64,000 nucleotides of DNA from a virus. The position numbers and the translations under genes were made by a program. Position 1 is the first letter of the stretch, and each line of letters starts with the position of its first letter. This document shows positions 9,485 to 19,712 of the stretch, piece after piece. The notes under the pieces are model-generated. The model had not been told where the DNA came from, did no database searches, and saw nothing but the letters and a program-made list of their open reading frames with translations. The DNA lies in the IMG/VR virus record IMGVR_UViG_3300037583_000003, positions 29,183 through 93,182 of that record. One strand, written 5' to 3'.

Positions 9485-9730
9485 ATGCCTAAGCAAATTG
9501 GAACATTCCGTACAGAGATAACTGGGATACCTTGCCAAGTTAAGGTACTACACCACTTCCGTCAGCTACCTTGGACTGGACTAACTCCAGCACCTAGTGA
9601 CCTAGACTACACTGGTTTCGTAGAGTTCGACTACTACATACTAGATCGCCTAGGCTACAGAGCTGACTGGCTAAAGTCTAAGATCAACCCAGCAATCGAA
9701 CGGAGACTACTAGAGGAGTACGAATCATGA
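9485..9730 (+). CDS. hypothetical phage protein
   Basis: 81 aa; GIPC...SDLDY.G...LDRLGYRADWL pattern. Confidence 0.65.
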   Translation: MPKQIGTFRTEITGIPCQVKVLHHFRQLPWTGLTPAPSDLDYTGFVEFDYYILDRLGYRADWLKSKINPAIERRLLEEYES

Positions 9731-10218
9731 GTACAAATAAAGAATCTACTGCTGAACTAGCCTCAGAGTACATTATCGTAGACTACGTATCCTGTGCAGA
9801 ACCTGATGGTTGTCCTAGATCTAGCTACCTACACTTCGCCACACTAGAGGAATGTGAAGAATGGGTAGGCAGTAAGAAAGGTACTATGAACTCTAATGAC
9901 TTTCAGATAATGAAAGTACACCATCTAGAAAGTAGCACACCCTCTAGGAAACTAGTGACTTACGATCCAGTAGTAATCCTCGACGTAGAGAGTAACTTAA
10001 TTGGGTTTTCTATATTCACTAGGTTTGAAAACCAACAGGTACACTACTTAGATGACAATGTAAAAGGTGCTAGTACCACTAAGTACTGGCAGTACCTAGA
10101 CCACTGGGAGCTACAGCATACGGAGTTACTAAAGTCTACTAAGCCTAATAGGCATTGGGTACGACACGTAAGTGACACATTCAAAGGAGGAGACTTTAAT
10201 AAAATAGCTAGTTTATAG
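9727..10218 (+). CDS. hypothetical protein, paralogue of 10269-10769
   Basis: Shares EYxIxD, DGC, EECExW, RKLxxxDPVV with the next gene. Confidence 0.7.
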   Translation: MSTNKESTAELASEYIIVDYVSCAEPDGCPRSSYLHFATLEECEEWVGSKKGTMNSNDFQIMKVHHLESSTPSRKLVTYDPVVILDVESNLIGFSIFTRFENQQVHYLDDNVKGASTTKYWQYLDHWELQHTELLKSTKPNRHWVRHVSDTFKGGDFNKIASL

Positions 10219-10268
10219 TTACTAAGTCAGCCACACTTCCCCAAAGCCAAATCAAAAAGGAGCTATCT

Positions 10269-10769
10269 ATGGATCTTATAGAAGACAAATCAGAAACTAC
10301 TGAGTATCAAATACACGATTACACAGGGGTAGACTTTGATGGTTGCCAAGAAACCATAGTATCTTGCACTACTAAAGAGGAGTGTGAAGCTTGGATCAGA
10401 AGAAACAACGGTAGAGTTGGCGCACTAGACTACGACATTATCAAGCTAACTTGTATGTCAAGTAGTATTGAATGCAGGAAACTTGAAAGGTTTGATCCTG
10501 TAGTAGTACTGTTTTCTGATACTGATCTTGTTAAGTTCACTACTGCAATCGTAGTCGAGGGTGACTATCTATATTACGAGCATAATCCTGTTAACACCTG
10601 CTCTAGGTGTAGACTTAGGACTCGTACAAAAAACTGGGAGTTTATGGACGTATGGGAAGAAAACAACGTAGACAGACTACTTGACACAGCTGGAGACAGG
10701 GAGTTCATAAAAGCAGTGTCTAAAAGACGTAAAGTTATGAGTGGTAAACTATGCTCCGAACTAGTATAA
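10269..10769 (+). CDS. hypothetical protein, paralogue of 9727-10218
   Basis: AAGGAG RBS; same shared motifs. Confidence 0.7.
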   Translation: MDLIEDKSETTEYQIHDYTGVDFDGCQETIVSCTTKEECEAWIRRNNGRVGALDYDIIKLTCMSSSIECRKLERFDPVVVLFSDTDLVKFTTAIVVEGDYLYYEHNPVNTCSRCRLRTRTKNWEFMDVWEENNVDRLLDTAGDREFIKAVSKRRKVMSGKLCSELV

Positions 10770-11125
10770 CTAACAAAGTACTAACTCACGATAACTACAG
10801 CGACTGGGAAAACGTATGTCCTCATAAAAGTAGGTGGGTAGTTTCCTACTACAACAAGAACAACCCATACTGGACTTACCCTCAAGCACTAGTACTCGCC
10901 AAAAGTTTACACCTAAACTATACATTAGCTGAGTCTTGTTACAACGAGCTAGAGGAACTTAAACAATTCAACAACCCTGTCAAAGGATACTACCCCATAA
11001 GAGTAGTAGACTTTCTAGGTAACGAATACACAACCATAGCTGCTAGTCTTAACAACAACAGTAGAGCAGTCTACCTAAACCCCTTCACGATGGACATACC
11101 ACCGTCACTAGGAGAACTAATTTGA
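10751..11125 (+). CDS. hypothetical protein
   Basis: 124 aa; overlaps both neighbours by a few bases. Confidence 0.6.
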   Translation: MLRTSITNKVLTHDNYSDWENVCPHKSRWVVSYYNKNNPYWTYPQALVLAKSLHLNYTLAESCYNELEELKQFNNPVKGYYPIRVVDFLGNEYTTIAASLNNNSRAVYLNPFTMDIPPSLGELI

Positions 11126-11955
11126 AACAATACCATGAACTACTAACAAACATCAAACTACACGGTACACCTAAAAGTGACCGTACTGGGACTGGAACTA
11201 CTTCTCTATTTGGGACTCAGATGAGGTTTGACTTATCTCTAGGATTCCCTCTAGTTACTACAAAGAAACTCCACTTCCCCTCCATCTTACACGAACTACT
11301 GTGGTTTCTTCGAGGAGACACTAACATCTCCTACTTGAAGGAAAACAAAGTACGTATCTGGAACGAGTGGGCTACAGAGAATGGTGACATAGGTCCACTA
11401 TACGGTAAGCAATGGACTTGTTGGGCTAACCCAGATGGATCTACAATCAACCAAATCCAGCAAGCAGTTGACCTAATCAAATCTAATCCTAACAGTAGAC
11501 GAATTATAGTAACAGCTTGGAATCCATCAGATCTACCAGACGAATCTATAAGCCCACAGGAGAACGTACACAACGGCAAGATGGCTTTAGCTACCTGTCA
11601 CTCATTCTTCCAGTTCTACGTATCCAACAATCAACTATCCTTACAACTGTACCAACGTAGTGGTGATGCATTTCTAGGTATCGCTTACAACCTAGCCTCA
11701 TACTCCATACTTCTACATATGATGGCACAACAAACTAACCTAGAGGTAGGTTGCTTCATACACACCATAGGTGATGCACACATCTACAATAACCACCAAG
11801 AACAGGTTGACCTACAACTATCTAGAACCCCAACAAAACTACCAACGTTAACAATCAATCGCAAACCTAATAGTATCTTCGACTACAAGTTTGAAGACTT
11901 CACATTACACGATTACAACCCTCATCCTCATATAGCAGGTAAGGTAGCAATCTAA
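11122..11955 (+). CDS. thyA: thymidylate synthase
   Basis: [26 protein letters not shown], catalytic CH (ALATCH), YQRSGD, NLASY, GDAHIY; TTG start after AGGAG. Confidence 0.97.
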   Translation: MKQYHELLTNIKLHGTPKSDRTGTGTTSLFGTQMRFDLSLGFPLVTTKKLHFPSILHELLWFLRGDTNISYLKENKVRIWNEWATENGDIGPLYGKQWTCWANPDGSTINQIQQAVDLIKSNPNSRRIIVTAWNPSDLPDESISPQENVHNGKMALATCHSFFQFYVSNNQLSLQLYQRSGDAFLGIAYNLASYSILLHMMAQQTNLEVGCFIHTIGDAHIYNNHQEQVDLQLSRTPTKLPTLTINRKPNSIFDYKFEDFTLHDYNPHPHIAGKVAI

Positions 11956-11970
11956 CTACAGGAACAACTC

Positions 11971-14247
11971 ATGCTAGAAATACTAAGAGATGAGCTAACA
12001 ACCCTAGGTGCATTTAACTCACCCTCAAACAGGATAGTAGCTAGCTTAACAGACACAATAGCCGAAACTAACATCCCTGAGAAGGTTAAGATAACTATTG
12101 CACTATCCCACCTAACAAACTTTGCTGGGCAATTCAGACGTAACCTAGAGTTATGGGATGGAACTCCAGTACCTATTAACAGTATCTCTTTCATATTCCT
12201 AGGTTCTGGTGGAGGTAAAGACTTATGTAACGGAGCTATCAAGAAGTGTTTCTCAGATGCATACAAACACATCAACGAAGTATTAGAAGAAGAGACTAAA
12301 GCAGAAGCAATCTCCCTAGCTACTAAAGCAGGAGAGGATTCACCTAACCTTCCACAAGTCTACAACGACTACTTAACACCAATCCCTCCACTACGTACTA
12401 GCATCACTACAGGACCTGGACTAGTTCAACTAGCTAATGACGTAAGTAAACTCCCTCTAGGCAGTACATTCGTATACTCTGGTGAGTTTGCAGACGAACT
12501 AGCCCACAATGCTAATACAACAGAGAACATCAAGATACTATCAGAAGTCTACGATCTAGGTAACAAGGAAGCTACATACAACAAAGGTATAGAATCCAGA
12601 GCAGGTGAGATCAACGGAGCTTCTATGTCAGCACTCTTCGTTAGCTCACCTGACCAACTACTCTATGACGAGAATACAAGAAAACGTTTTATGGTTGCAT
12701 TCTCCTCAAAGCTAGCTAGACGTTCTTGGTTAGCCTTCCACCCAGAAGATGTACCAGCAGAGTCTTTCTCCTCCAGCAAGAAACTTATAGCTCATGTCTT
12801 TGAGACAGAGAAACGTTCACAAGTAGCTAGAGACAAAACTAAACTCTTAGTGGAGGACATTACTAACTTCGGTCTAGAGACTAACAACACACTCATAACT
12901 TTATCTGATGACATATTTGGTACATTCACCATATACAAAAGATACAACTACGAGCTAGTATCCAAACTACCTAACAAAGAATCTATCTACGCCCTAATCA
13001 GAACCCATCTCCAGTGGAAAGCCCTAAAACTAGCTGGAGCACTTGCATTCATGGATAGATCAGACGTTGTAGAACTAGAACACTACGTAGAAGCTATTAG
13101 ATTCTGTGAGCTACTAGACAGAGACATGGAGGCGTTTGAGACTGTACTAAACAAGTCACCTCACGAACAATTTGCAGACTACGCTAAAACAACTGTAGTA
13201 CTTCACGATGACTCATCACTGCCTTACTCAGTAATCACAGCACATGAGTTAAAAAAGAGAGGATTCCTGACAGGGGTAACAAAAACAAAACTACAAGAAC
13301 TAGTTAGTTTAGCTACAGGTTATAACTTAGATGGAGTATACACGTTACATAATAACGAGACCTCTATCAGATATGAGCCTATAGTAAAAACTGATGAACT
13401 AGTAGTCTCATTCAAACCTATAGACAACTCCAGACTAAACAAAGCAATCCTGGATAACGAGCCTACCGAAGTAGTATCCAAGATCAAGCAATCAATAGCT
13501 TCAACTACGTCTACAGGTTTAGTTACAGAAGAGAGTACTTTCTCAGAACTTATTTACCTACTTCAAGGTGACTACGCCTACTCCCCCTTTAAGTTCACTA
13601 ACGGTACTAGAGGTAAGGATAACGTAGTAGGTGGAACTAAGTGGTTAGTACTTGACGTAGACAAGTCTTCCTTATCTTACGAAGAAGTTCACTTCATGTT
13701 ATCTGACATTAACCACCACGTAGCACTGTCTAGTGATCCTGCTAACGAATACAAATTCAGAGTCCTAATAGAACTAGATGCTACCGTAGAGCTACCTAAT
13801 GTAGACTGGAAGATTTTCTACTCCCTAATAGCTAACGATCTAGCTATAGTAGTAGATCCATTACCCCAGTCACAGATATTCTTCAGTTACGCTGGTAGAC
13901 CAACCTTATCAGTTACAGATGCTACCCCATTAGCCGTTAGACCTTACCTAATAACCACTAGCGAAACTCTAGTAACTAAAGCTAAACCAACTGCTAGTCT
14001 ATCCACTAAACAACAGTCAGCTCTCCTACAAGACAGCTTAGAGACATTCCACTACGCTTTTAACGCAGAGAACGGTAGTGGCTCTAGAAACCTAATAAGA
14101 GCAGCTTACCACTCCCAGCACTTAGGAGCTTCACTAGACGAGACACTCACATTACTGCAAGACGTAAGTAACTACTGGACTGTCCCTATGGAGGAATCTA
14201 GACTGGACAAAATACTATCACAAGTTAGGAGATTCTATGACAACTGA
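11971..14247 (+). CDS. putative helicase-primase (N-terminal P-loop ATPase, C-terminal AEP-type primase)
   Basis: Walker A-like GSGGGKD near the N-terminus; C-terminal WLVLDVD, HHVALSS...KFRVLIEL and a PriCT-like GSRN helix. Confidence 0.65.
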   Translation: MLEILRDELTTLGAFNSPSNRIVASLTDTIAETNIPEKVKITIALSHLTNFAGQFRRNLELWDGTPVPINSISFIFLGSGGGKDLCNGAIKKCFSDAYKHINEVLEEETKAEAISLATKAGEDSPNLPQVYNDYLTPIPPLRTSITTGPGLVQLANDVSKLPLGSTFVYSGEFADELAHNANTTENIKILSEVYDLGNKEATYNKGIESRAGEINGASMSALFVSSPDQLLYDENTRKRFMVAFSSKLARRSWLAFHPEDVPAESFSSSKKLIAHVFETEKRSQVARDKTKLLVEDITNFGLETNNTLITLSDDIFGTFTIYKRYNYELVSKLPNKESIYALIRTHLQWKALKLAGALAFMDRSDVVELEHYVEAIRFCELLDRDMEAFETVLNKSPHEQFADYAKTTVVLHDDSSLPYSVITAHELKKRGFLTGVTKTKLQELVSLATGYNLDGVYTLHNNETSIRYEPIVKTDELVVSFKPIDNSRLNKAILDNEPTEVVSKIKQSIASTTSTGLVTEESTFSELIYLLQGDYAYSPFKFTNGTRGKDNVVGGTKWLVLDVDKSSLSYEEVHFMLSDINHHVALSSDPANEYKFRVLIELDATVELPNVDWKIFYSLIANDLAIVVDPLPQSQIFFSYAGRPTLSVTDATPLAVRPYLITTSETLVTKAKPTASLSTKQQSALLQDSLETFHYAFNAENGSGSRNLIRAAYHSQHLGASLDETLTLLQDVSNYWTVPMEESRLDKILSQVRRFYDN

Positions 14248-14457
14248 TTCACAAATAACCATCTACACTGGAAACAACCCTACTTTCAGGTTCACTGTCT
14301 TTCCTCTGACCCTAGTAACGTATTCACCATTAGTGATACAGGTGATTTTATCTCACAAGATCCATCACAAGACCTAGAACTACTAAACTCTGGTTTTAGT
14401 GAAGTAGTAGACAGAACTATAGCTCTAGGTTTAGGCACATATAAAGGAAAACAATGA
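14237..14457 (+). pseudogene. frameshifted small gene (pseudogene, recoding or sequence error)
   Basis: ATG 14237 has an AGGAGA RBS but its frame stops early; the -1 frame is open 14248-14457 and ends in an ATGA overlap with the next gene. Confidence 0.45.
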
Positions 14458-15281
14458 AAGAACATGACTATTTTGGCTACAACAGCGGCAAGGGTATTAT
14501 CCCTGAAGAAGACTTCCGAATCTCACCATCACAGGTATCTAGGTACTTCAGCGAAACAACTAACTGGTTTCGTGAATTCCTACTAGGTGAGGAGGGTTTC
14601 GTAGGTAACACAGCAAGCAACCTAGGTAACTGTGTACATGCAGGAGCAGAGATGTACGTTAGAGAAGGTGTTGTCCACCACAACCTAATTACAGACTTCA
14701 TCACTAACCTACCAGAGGACATAGACAAGCAACGTATCTTGACTAACTACCCTATCATGTTAGATACGCTGATCTCAGAATACCTACGTTACAACGTACC
14801 ATCACAAACTGAGTTATTCCTAACCCACAAGCTAGTTGAAGGTGTATGGGTTGCTGGATCTGTAGATGCTATCAGAGGGTCTAGAATCGTAGACTACAAG
14901 ACTACATCAGCACTAACAGCACCAACTAAGATCTCCAGACCCTACTGGTTTCAACAGTGTCTATACGTATGGCTAGCAAGGAAGAATGGTTATTCAATCG
15001 ACTCCTTTAGTCTAGTCTTCATAACAGCACCACAAGTGGGTAGGATATCAGAGAAAACTGGTAAGCCACTAAAGGACTACCCTTCTAAGGTAACAGTGTT
15101 AACTCACCTAGTTACAGACCTAGACATGGAGATCATAGATAACACAGTAAAACTCATAGCTGGATCTGTCAATGTATGGAAATCTAACCCTGAGCTACAC
15201 TACATTTTAGCTCAAGACTACCGTCTAAAACTTCCAGACAAACCAGTAAAATTCATAAGGAGAGCTAAATGCAAGGACTAA
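14454..15281 (+). CDS. PD-(D/E)XK exonuclease (Cas4/RecB-like)
   Basis: ISPSQ, GNCVH, GSVD...IVDYKT, QQCLY. Confidence 0.85.
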   Translation: MKEHDYFGYNSGKGIIPEEDFRISPSQVSRYFSETTNWFREFLLGEEGFVGNTASNLGNCVHAGAEMYVREGVVHHNLITDFITNLPEDIDKQRILTNYPIMLDTLISEYLRYNVPSQTELFLTHKLVEGVWVAGSVDAIRGSRIVDYKTTSALTAPTKISRPYWFQQCLYVWLARKNGYSIDSFSLVFITAPQVGRISEKTGKPLKDYPSKVTVLTHLVTDLDMEIIDNTVKLIAGSVNVWKSNPELHYILAQDYRLKLPDKPVKFIRRAKCKD

Positions 15282-15439
15282 CACACCACCCTAAAGGTTC
15301 AATGTGTATGGTTTGCTCAAACAACAAACTTGATGATTGTAAGCACCTAGATTTCCATAAGATGCCAGTCATAGAAAAGTATGACGACATAAAGGTAGTT
15401 AGGTGTACTAACTTCAAACAAGAAAAACCACACAGGTAA
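15269..15439 (+). CDS. small cysteine-rich phage protein (56 aa)
   Basis: AGGAG RBS; MQGLTHHPKGSMCMVC...C...VVRCTNF; below the ORF-track cut-off. Confidence 0.65.
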   Translation: MQGLTHHPKGSMCMVCSNNKLDDCKHLDFHKMPVIEKYDDIKVVRCTNFKQEKPHR

Positions 15440-15469
15440 ATTAACACAACCAACCAAAAGGAGTACTAT

Positions 15470-16135
15470 ATGGCAGTAAAACTGTTAATCTCAGGATTAT
15501 CCAATACTGGTAAAACAACCCTAACTAAGGACTTACAGAATGCCCTAGTTATTAACCACGATGGTAAGGACTACAGCCTTCCTATCCCACACGCTACTAT
15601 CAAGGAATTCTCACTAGCATCTGATATGGTTACATTCATTACAGACAAGATAGAAGCTTACAACAACAAGTTCGGGGATTACCCTGAAACAATTGTAATT
15701 GACTCAGCTAGTAGGGTCTTCAACAGCCTCTATGATGCATGTATTGGAAAATACTCAGGTTTTGACGTCTACACTACCCTAGACAAAGAAATAAAGGAGT
15801 TTATTAACTTCCTTGAGTTGTCTTTATTAGAATCAGACATCAACCTAGTTATCATTAGTCACGCAATATTTGACGATAAAACCAACAGGTTCATCCAAGT
15901 AGGTAAAGGTAACTTCAGTAAGACAGGTGGATTCACATCTATTGTAGACGAAGCTATATTCATTGATGTAAATGGTACTAAACGTACAATCTACTATCGT
16001 GAACCTAAGTACTCAGCTAGAACATTCATTGACGAATTACCTGATAAATGCAAGGCATCAGAATTCAACTTACAAAACCATTTAGACTTATTAACCAAAA
16101 GTAGCAATTCAGCTGCGGAATACGAACTTCAATAA
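15470..16135 (+). CDS. Sak4-like AAA ATPase / ssDNA annealing protein
   Basis: Walker A GLSNTGKTT, Walker B IVIDS, IISH; lies between exonuclease and SSB. Confidence 0.8.
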   Translation: MAVKLLISGLSNTGKTTLTKDLQNALVINHDGKDYSLPIPHATIKEFSLASDMVTFITDKIEAYNNKFGDYPETIVIDSASRVFNSLYDACIGKYSGFDVYTTLDKEIKEFINFLELSLLESDINLVIISHAIFDDKTNRFIQVGKGNFSKTGGFTSIVDEAIFIDVNGTKRTIYYREPKYSARTFIDELPDKCKASEFNLQNHLDLLTKSSNSAAEYELQ

Positions 16136-16148
16136 CAGGAATAACAAC

Positions 16149-16838
16149 ATGCAAACTAAAATCTCAACATCAGCAGACACAATCGAAGAAACAACAGGTG
16201 CTAACTTTATTGGTAGTTCTGGGGTATACCCAATCCATATTAACTTCGCCAACTTAACTCCTAGTAACACCAACGGTAGTAAAGCAGAGCAAGTAAACTT
16301 CAATATCGACTACAACGGAAACTCACAAGTACTGTACGGTCCATACGTACAGAAAAAAGATGGTAACGTTAACGAAATCGGATACGGTTTACTAGTAAAA
16401 CTAGGCGTTATCGCTGGGATGGTAGATGGTGATGACTTCCAATTCTCAGAAGAAACTCACCCTGTAGGGAAGGATAACAAACAAACAGACTTCACCGTTA
16501 TCGACCAATTGTCAGACTTTTCTGTGTACGTACACGTCCAAGAAGAATACTCACGATACGAAGGCAAAATCAGACAAAACTTAGTCATTAAGGCTTTCTT
16601 TGATGAAAATGGAGCTTCAGCTGAAGAGTTAGTAAATGACGCAGAAATCGGAGCAAGGTTTGCACTTGTAGAAGAGAAGTATGCCAACAACATCACCTAC
16701 AAAGATGACTTGACAGAAGATGACATCAAGAAGTGGATTGCAGGTGGTCGTGGTAAGAACTCAGCCACAGACACAGCTACAGCTACAGCCACAGCTAAAA
16801 AACCAGCACGAGCTAGCTTCAAGAGAAACACTAACTAG
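16149..16838 (+). CDS. putative single-stranded DNA-binding protein
   Basis: Follows Sak4-like gene; beta-rich with a low-complexity C-terminal tail; followed by a hairpin. Confidence 0.6.
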   Translation: MQTKISTSADTIEETTGANFIGSSGVYPIHINFANLTPSNTNGSKAEQVNFNIDYNGNSQVLYGPYVQKKDGNVNEIGYGLLVKLGVIAGMVDGDDFQFSEETHPVGKDNKQTDFTVIDQLSDFSVYVHVQEEYSRYEGKIRQNLVIKAFFDENGASAEELVNDAEIGARFALVEEKYANNITYKDDLTEDDIKKWIAGGRGKNSATDTATATATAKKPARASFKRNTN

Positions 16839-16848
16839 CAGTTAAACT

Positions 16849-16878
16849 AAGTCTACTTTAGCGAGTAGGCTTACCTTT
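16849..16878 (+). terminator. stem-loop after SSB gene
   Basis: AAGTCTACTT-TAGC-GAGTAGGCTT followed by ACCTTT. Confidence 0.5.
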
Positions 16879-16906
16879 AACAACTACATCAGGAACTAGT
16901 TTTAAC

Positions 16907-18340
16907 ATGAGCACAACTTCAGAACAACAAGCACCAATAGATTATCTACTAAAGCATGAAGGTCTAGTAATGGTTAACGCTATAGCTGGATCAGGAAAAA
17001 CCCACCTACTAGTAGAAGCATCTAAGCAACTCCCTGTACAGAAAGCGTTATACCTAGCATACACCAAGTCAATAGCTACGGAGGCATCACGAAAGTTCCC
17101 CTCAGCTACAGTAGAGTGTAGAACTACACACTCTCTAGCTTACCAAAGAACTGTGAACCTACTAGGCTTAAAGCTAGGCTACTTCAACTACAAGGCTATC
17201 AAAGACCGTATCACATACGAAGACAAACTTACAGTGATAAGCCACGTTGAGAAGTTTTGTCTATCAAAACACCTAGACTTCGACAGCTACACAGAAGAGT
17301 ACCAAATAGACCCAGGGTTAGCAGACATAGCAGTCAAACACCTTGACTACATGTACTCTGCTAAAATAGATTGTACTCACTACTTCTACCTGAAGGTATT
17401 CCACCAACTACTAGCATCTGGTCACATTGTATACGATGAACTAGACCTATTAATGTTAGACGAAGCTGGTGACCTAAACGAGGTAACTCTAGAGATCTTC
17501 CTACTACTACCCGCTAAACGTAAGATAGCTGTAGGTGACAAACATCAAAACATCTTTAGCTTCAACCACACAGTTAACGCTTTCAAACTACTAGAAGGTC
17601 AAGGAAAGGAGTTTAGCTTAACCAAATCTTGGAGAGTATCTTCACACATAGCTAACGACATCCAACGATTCTGTAGTACCTACATGGATTCCAACATGGA
17701 GTTCTCTGGTATCACCTATAGCAACCTTAATTTAATAGAGTCTAAAGGTTACATAACCAGAACTAACTCTGCCCTCATTGGTAAGATGATCGAGCTAAAC
17801 GCTAGCAACACACCTTATGCCCTAGTAAGACCAGCCTCAGCTATATTCAAAACAGCACTAATGGTTTGCTACTTCAAGAAAGGTGGCGAGATCAAGGACA
17901 AGGAATACAGTCACCTACAAGAAGAACTAAACGATTGGTACAAAACCAACCCAACAGGTTCTTATGGTAAGCTACTGACCTACTTAAAGATACAACACTC
18001 CGACGACATAGGGTTAACTACTGCATTATCCGTGGTACTAACCCATACCTCCAGTGCTGTAATCGAAGCACACAAAATAGCTAAGTCCCATGAGAAGTCT
18101 CACTGCAACTACATCCTAGCTACCGCTCACTCTGTCAAAGGACTAGAAATGGATGAAGTTTACATAGCAGATGACCTAAACAGCTCAGTAGAAGACCTTC
18201 TACCAGAACTCATTGGTAACCCAAACTACGTTAAGGATCAAGAGGAGATTGACTCACTTAATCTATACTACGTAGCTTGCTCAAGAGCACGTAAGAACCT
18301 AGTTAATGCAATCCACCTAACAAACTTAAAGGAACTCTAA
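16907..18340 (+). CDS. superfamily 1 (UvrD/Rep-like) DNA helicase
   Basis: AGSGKT, LDEAGD, VGDKHQNI, LTKSWR, TAHSVKGLE, YVACSRAR. Confidence 0.92.
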   Translation: MSTTSEQQAPIDYLLKHEGLVMVNAIAGSGKTHLLVEASKQLPVQKALYLAYTKSIATEASRKFPSATVECRTTHSLAYQRTVNLLGLKLGYFNYKAIKDRITYEDKLTVISHVEKFCLSKHLDFDSYTEEYQIDPGLADIAVKHLDYMYSAKIDCTHYFYLKVFHQLLASGHIVYDELDLLMLDEAGDLNEVTLEIFLLLPAKRKIAVGDKHQNIFSFNHTVNAFKLLEGQGKEFSLTKSWRVSSHIANDIQRFCSTYMDSNMEFSGITYSNLNLIESKGYITRTNSALIGKMIELNASNTPYALVRPASAIFKTALMVCYFKKGGEIKDKEYSHLQEELNDWYKTNPTGSYGKLLTYLKIQHSDDIGLTTALSVVLTHTSSAVIEAHKIAKSHEKSHCNYILATAHSVKGLEMDEVYIADDLNSSVEDLLPELIGNPNYVKDQEEIDSLNLYYVACSRARKNLVNAIHLTNLKEL

Positions 18341-18567
18341 TGAAAACTTGCAAACGTAAGTACCTAAAACATGAAAAGAGATGGGAGTACAAAGCCACCG
18401 ACAAGAATGGTTATACTTTCTACTACACAGAAAAACCAATTACTGTGTATTACAACCTAGGTGTATGGCACTGTGAAAATGGTATCTATTCCCCTATAGG
18501 TATTTCTAATAAAGTAGCTTCAGGTAAAAAAGATTGGGAAAAATCACTCAGAAAAATTAAGGACTAA
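18340..18567 (+). CDS. MKTCKRKY-family small protein, copy 1
   Basis: 75 aa; near-identical termini to copies 2 and 3. Confidence 0.85.
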   Translation: MKTCKRKYLKHEKRWEYKATDKNGYTFYYTEKPITVYYNLGVWHCENGIYSPIGISNKVASGKKDWEKSLRKIKD

Positions 18568-18569
18568 CT

Positions 18570-19232
18570 ATGGATCAACTAGTCAAAGTCAGCTACGAGA
18601 GTACTTCAGACCTAACTGTAGCTCGTAGGTGGTTAAAGGAACTAAACTCCTTCTCTACCATAGCTTGTGACTTAGAAACCTCTACAAGGTACTCAGACGA
18701 GGACAGAGTTGAGCTACTAGCTACATCGCTAGACGAGTCCCTACCCAAGCAAGTTAGACGTGCAGCTAAAGCTAAACTGCACTCTTCAGCACTAAGCCAT
18801 CCAATGCACACAGTACTAACTCACTTCCAAGTAGCATGGAACGAAGAAGAAGCAAAAGTATTCATACTCGACAGTGTAGAAATCACAGAACTAATCCTAA
18901 ACTTCATAGTCACAACTAAAGTAAAACAGATATGGCATAACTACTCTTTTGATGGTAAGCATATCTATTTCTATACACTAAGACACCCTATAGACTTCGA
19001 GGATAGCCAGATACTAGCTAAAACACTAGCTAACCACGTAGACATACAACATGCTACAACAGGGCTAAAGGAACTAGCTGGTTGTGCTTATGGAGCTTGG
19101 AGTGTGTCTGATGAGTTATTCCACTTCGATAACCTAAATGACCCTAAGCTACTACTCTACGCTGCAACAGACCCATGTGCAACTATGTGGATATGGAATG
19201 TAATGCAACACAACTTAAAGGAATCACAATGA
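18570..19232 (+). CDS. 3'-5' exonuclease domain of family A DNA polymerase, as a separate ORF
   Basis: Exo I CDLET, Exo II WHNYSFD, Exo III YAATD. Confidence 0.85.
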   Translation: MDQLVKVSYESTSDLTVARRWLKELNSFSTIACDLETSTRYSDEDRVELLATSLDESLPKQVRRAAKAKLHSSALSHPMHTVLTHFQVAWNEEEAKVFILDSVEITELILNFIVTTKVKQIWHNYSFDGKHIYFYTLRHPIDFEDSQILAKTLANHVDIQHATTGLKELAGCAYGAWSVSDELFHFDNLNDPKLLLYAATDPCATMWIWNVMQHNLKESQ

Positions 19233-19480
19233 AAACTTGCAAACGTAAATACCACAAACATGAGTTAGTGTGGAATTACAAGTCTACTGATAAGGATGGT
19301 AGCGTTTTCTACTTTAAAGAAAAACCACATATAGCCACTTGCGCTTCAAGATTTTGGAGTAGTGAGTTTTCTTCCCACTTTCCTTCAGGTTTCATTGACT
19401 CCATCCGTGTAGGTTTATCCTACAAGGTAGTGTCAGGTAAGAAAGATTGGAAGAAATCATTAAGAAAAATTAAGGACTAG
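19229..19480 (+). CDS. MKTCKRKY-family small protein, copy 2
   Basis: True start is ATG 19229 (AAGGA RBS, ATGA overlap with exonuclease stop); 83 aa. Confidence 0.85.
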   Translation: MKTCKRKYHKHELVWNYKSTDKDGSVFYFKEKPHIATCASRFWSSEFSSHFPSGFIDSIRVGLSYKVVSGKKDWKKSLRKIKD

Positions 19481-19482
19481 TT

Positions 19483-19710
19483 ATGAAAACTTGCAAACGC
19501 AAATATTTAAAACAAGAGACTATCTGGAACTACAAAGCTACTGATCCCAACGGTTACATTTTCTACTACGTGAGAGAACCAGTCATTACTGATTACGATC
19601 CGGATATATGGGATTGTGGGTTTGGTAGCTATTCCTCTGCAGGCTTGTCCAAGAAAGTAGCTTCAGGTAAGAAAGACTGGACTGAATCACTCAGGAGAAT
19701 TGTAGACTAA
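19483..19710 (+). CDS. MKTCKRKY-family small protein, copy 3
   Basis: 75 aa; same conserved termini. Confidence 0.85.
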   Translation: MKTCKRKYLKQETIWNYKATDPNGYIFYYVREPVITDYDPDIWDCGFGSYSSAGLSKKVASGKKDWTESLRRIVD

Positions 19711-19712
19711 CT

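Noticed and set aside
11122-11955. ThyA as a base-modifying hydroxymethylase
   Set aside because: It keeps canonical ThyA motifs including the dUMP-specifying Asn and is accompanied by DHFR
19175-19228. N-terminal extension of copy 2 given in the ORF track
   Set aside because: It overlaps the exonuclease; the paralogues and RBS place the start at 19229
18340-19710. CRISPR array or diversity-generating retroelement at the MKTCKRKY repeats
   Set aside because: The units are whole ORFs, differences are not confined to adenines, and there is no reverse transcriptase or cas operon; the Cas4-like gene is an ordinary phage nuclease
19233-19712. A third intron or split intein joining exonuclease and polymerase
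   Set aside because: No P/Q/R/S core or intein terminal motifs; the interval is fully occupied by two coupled ORFs
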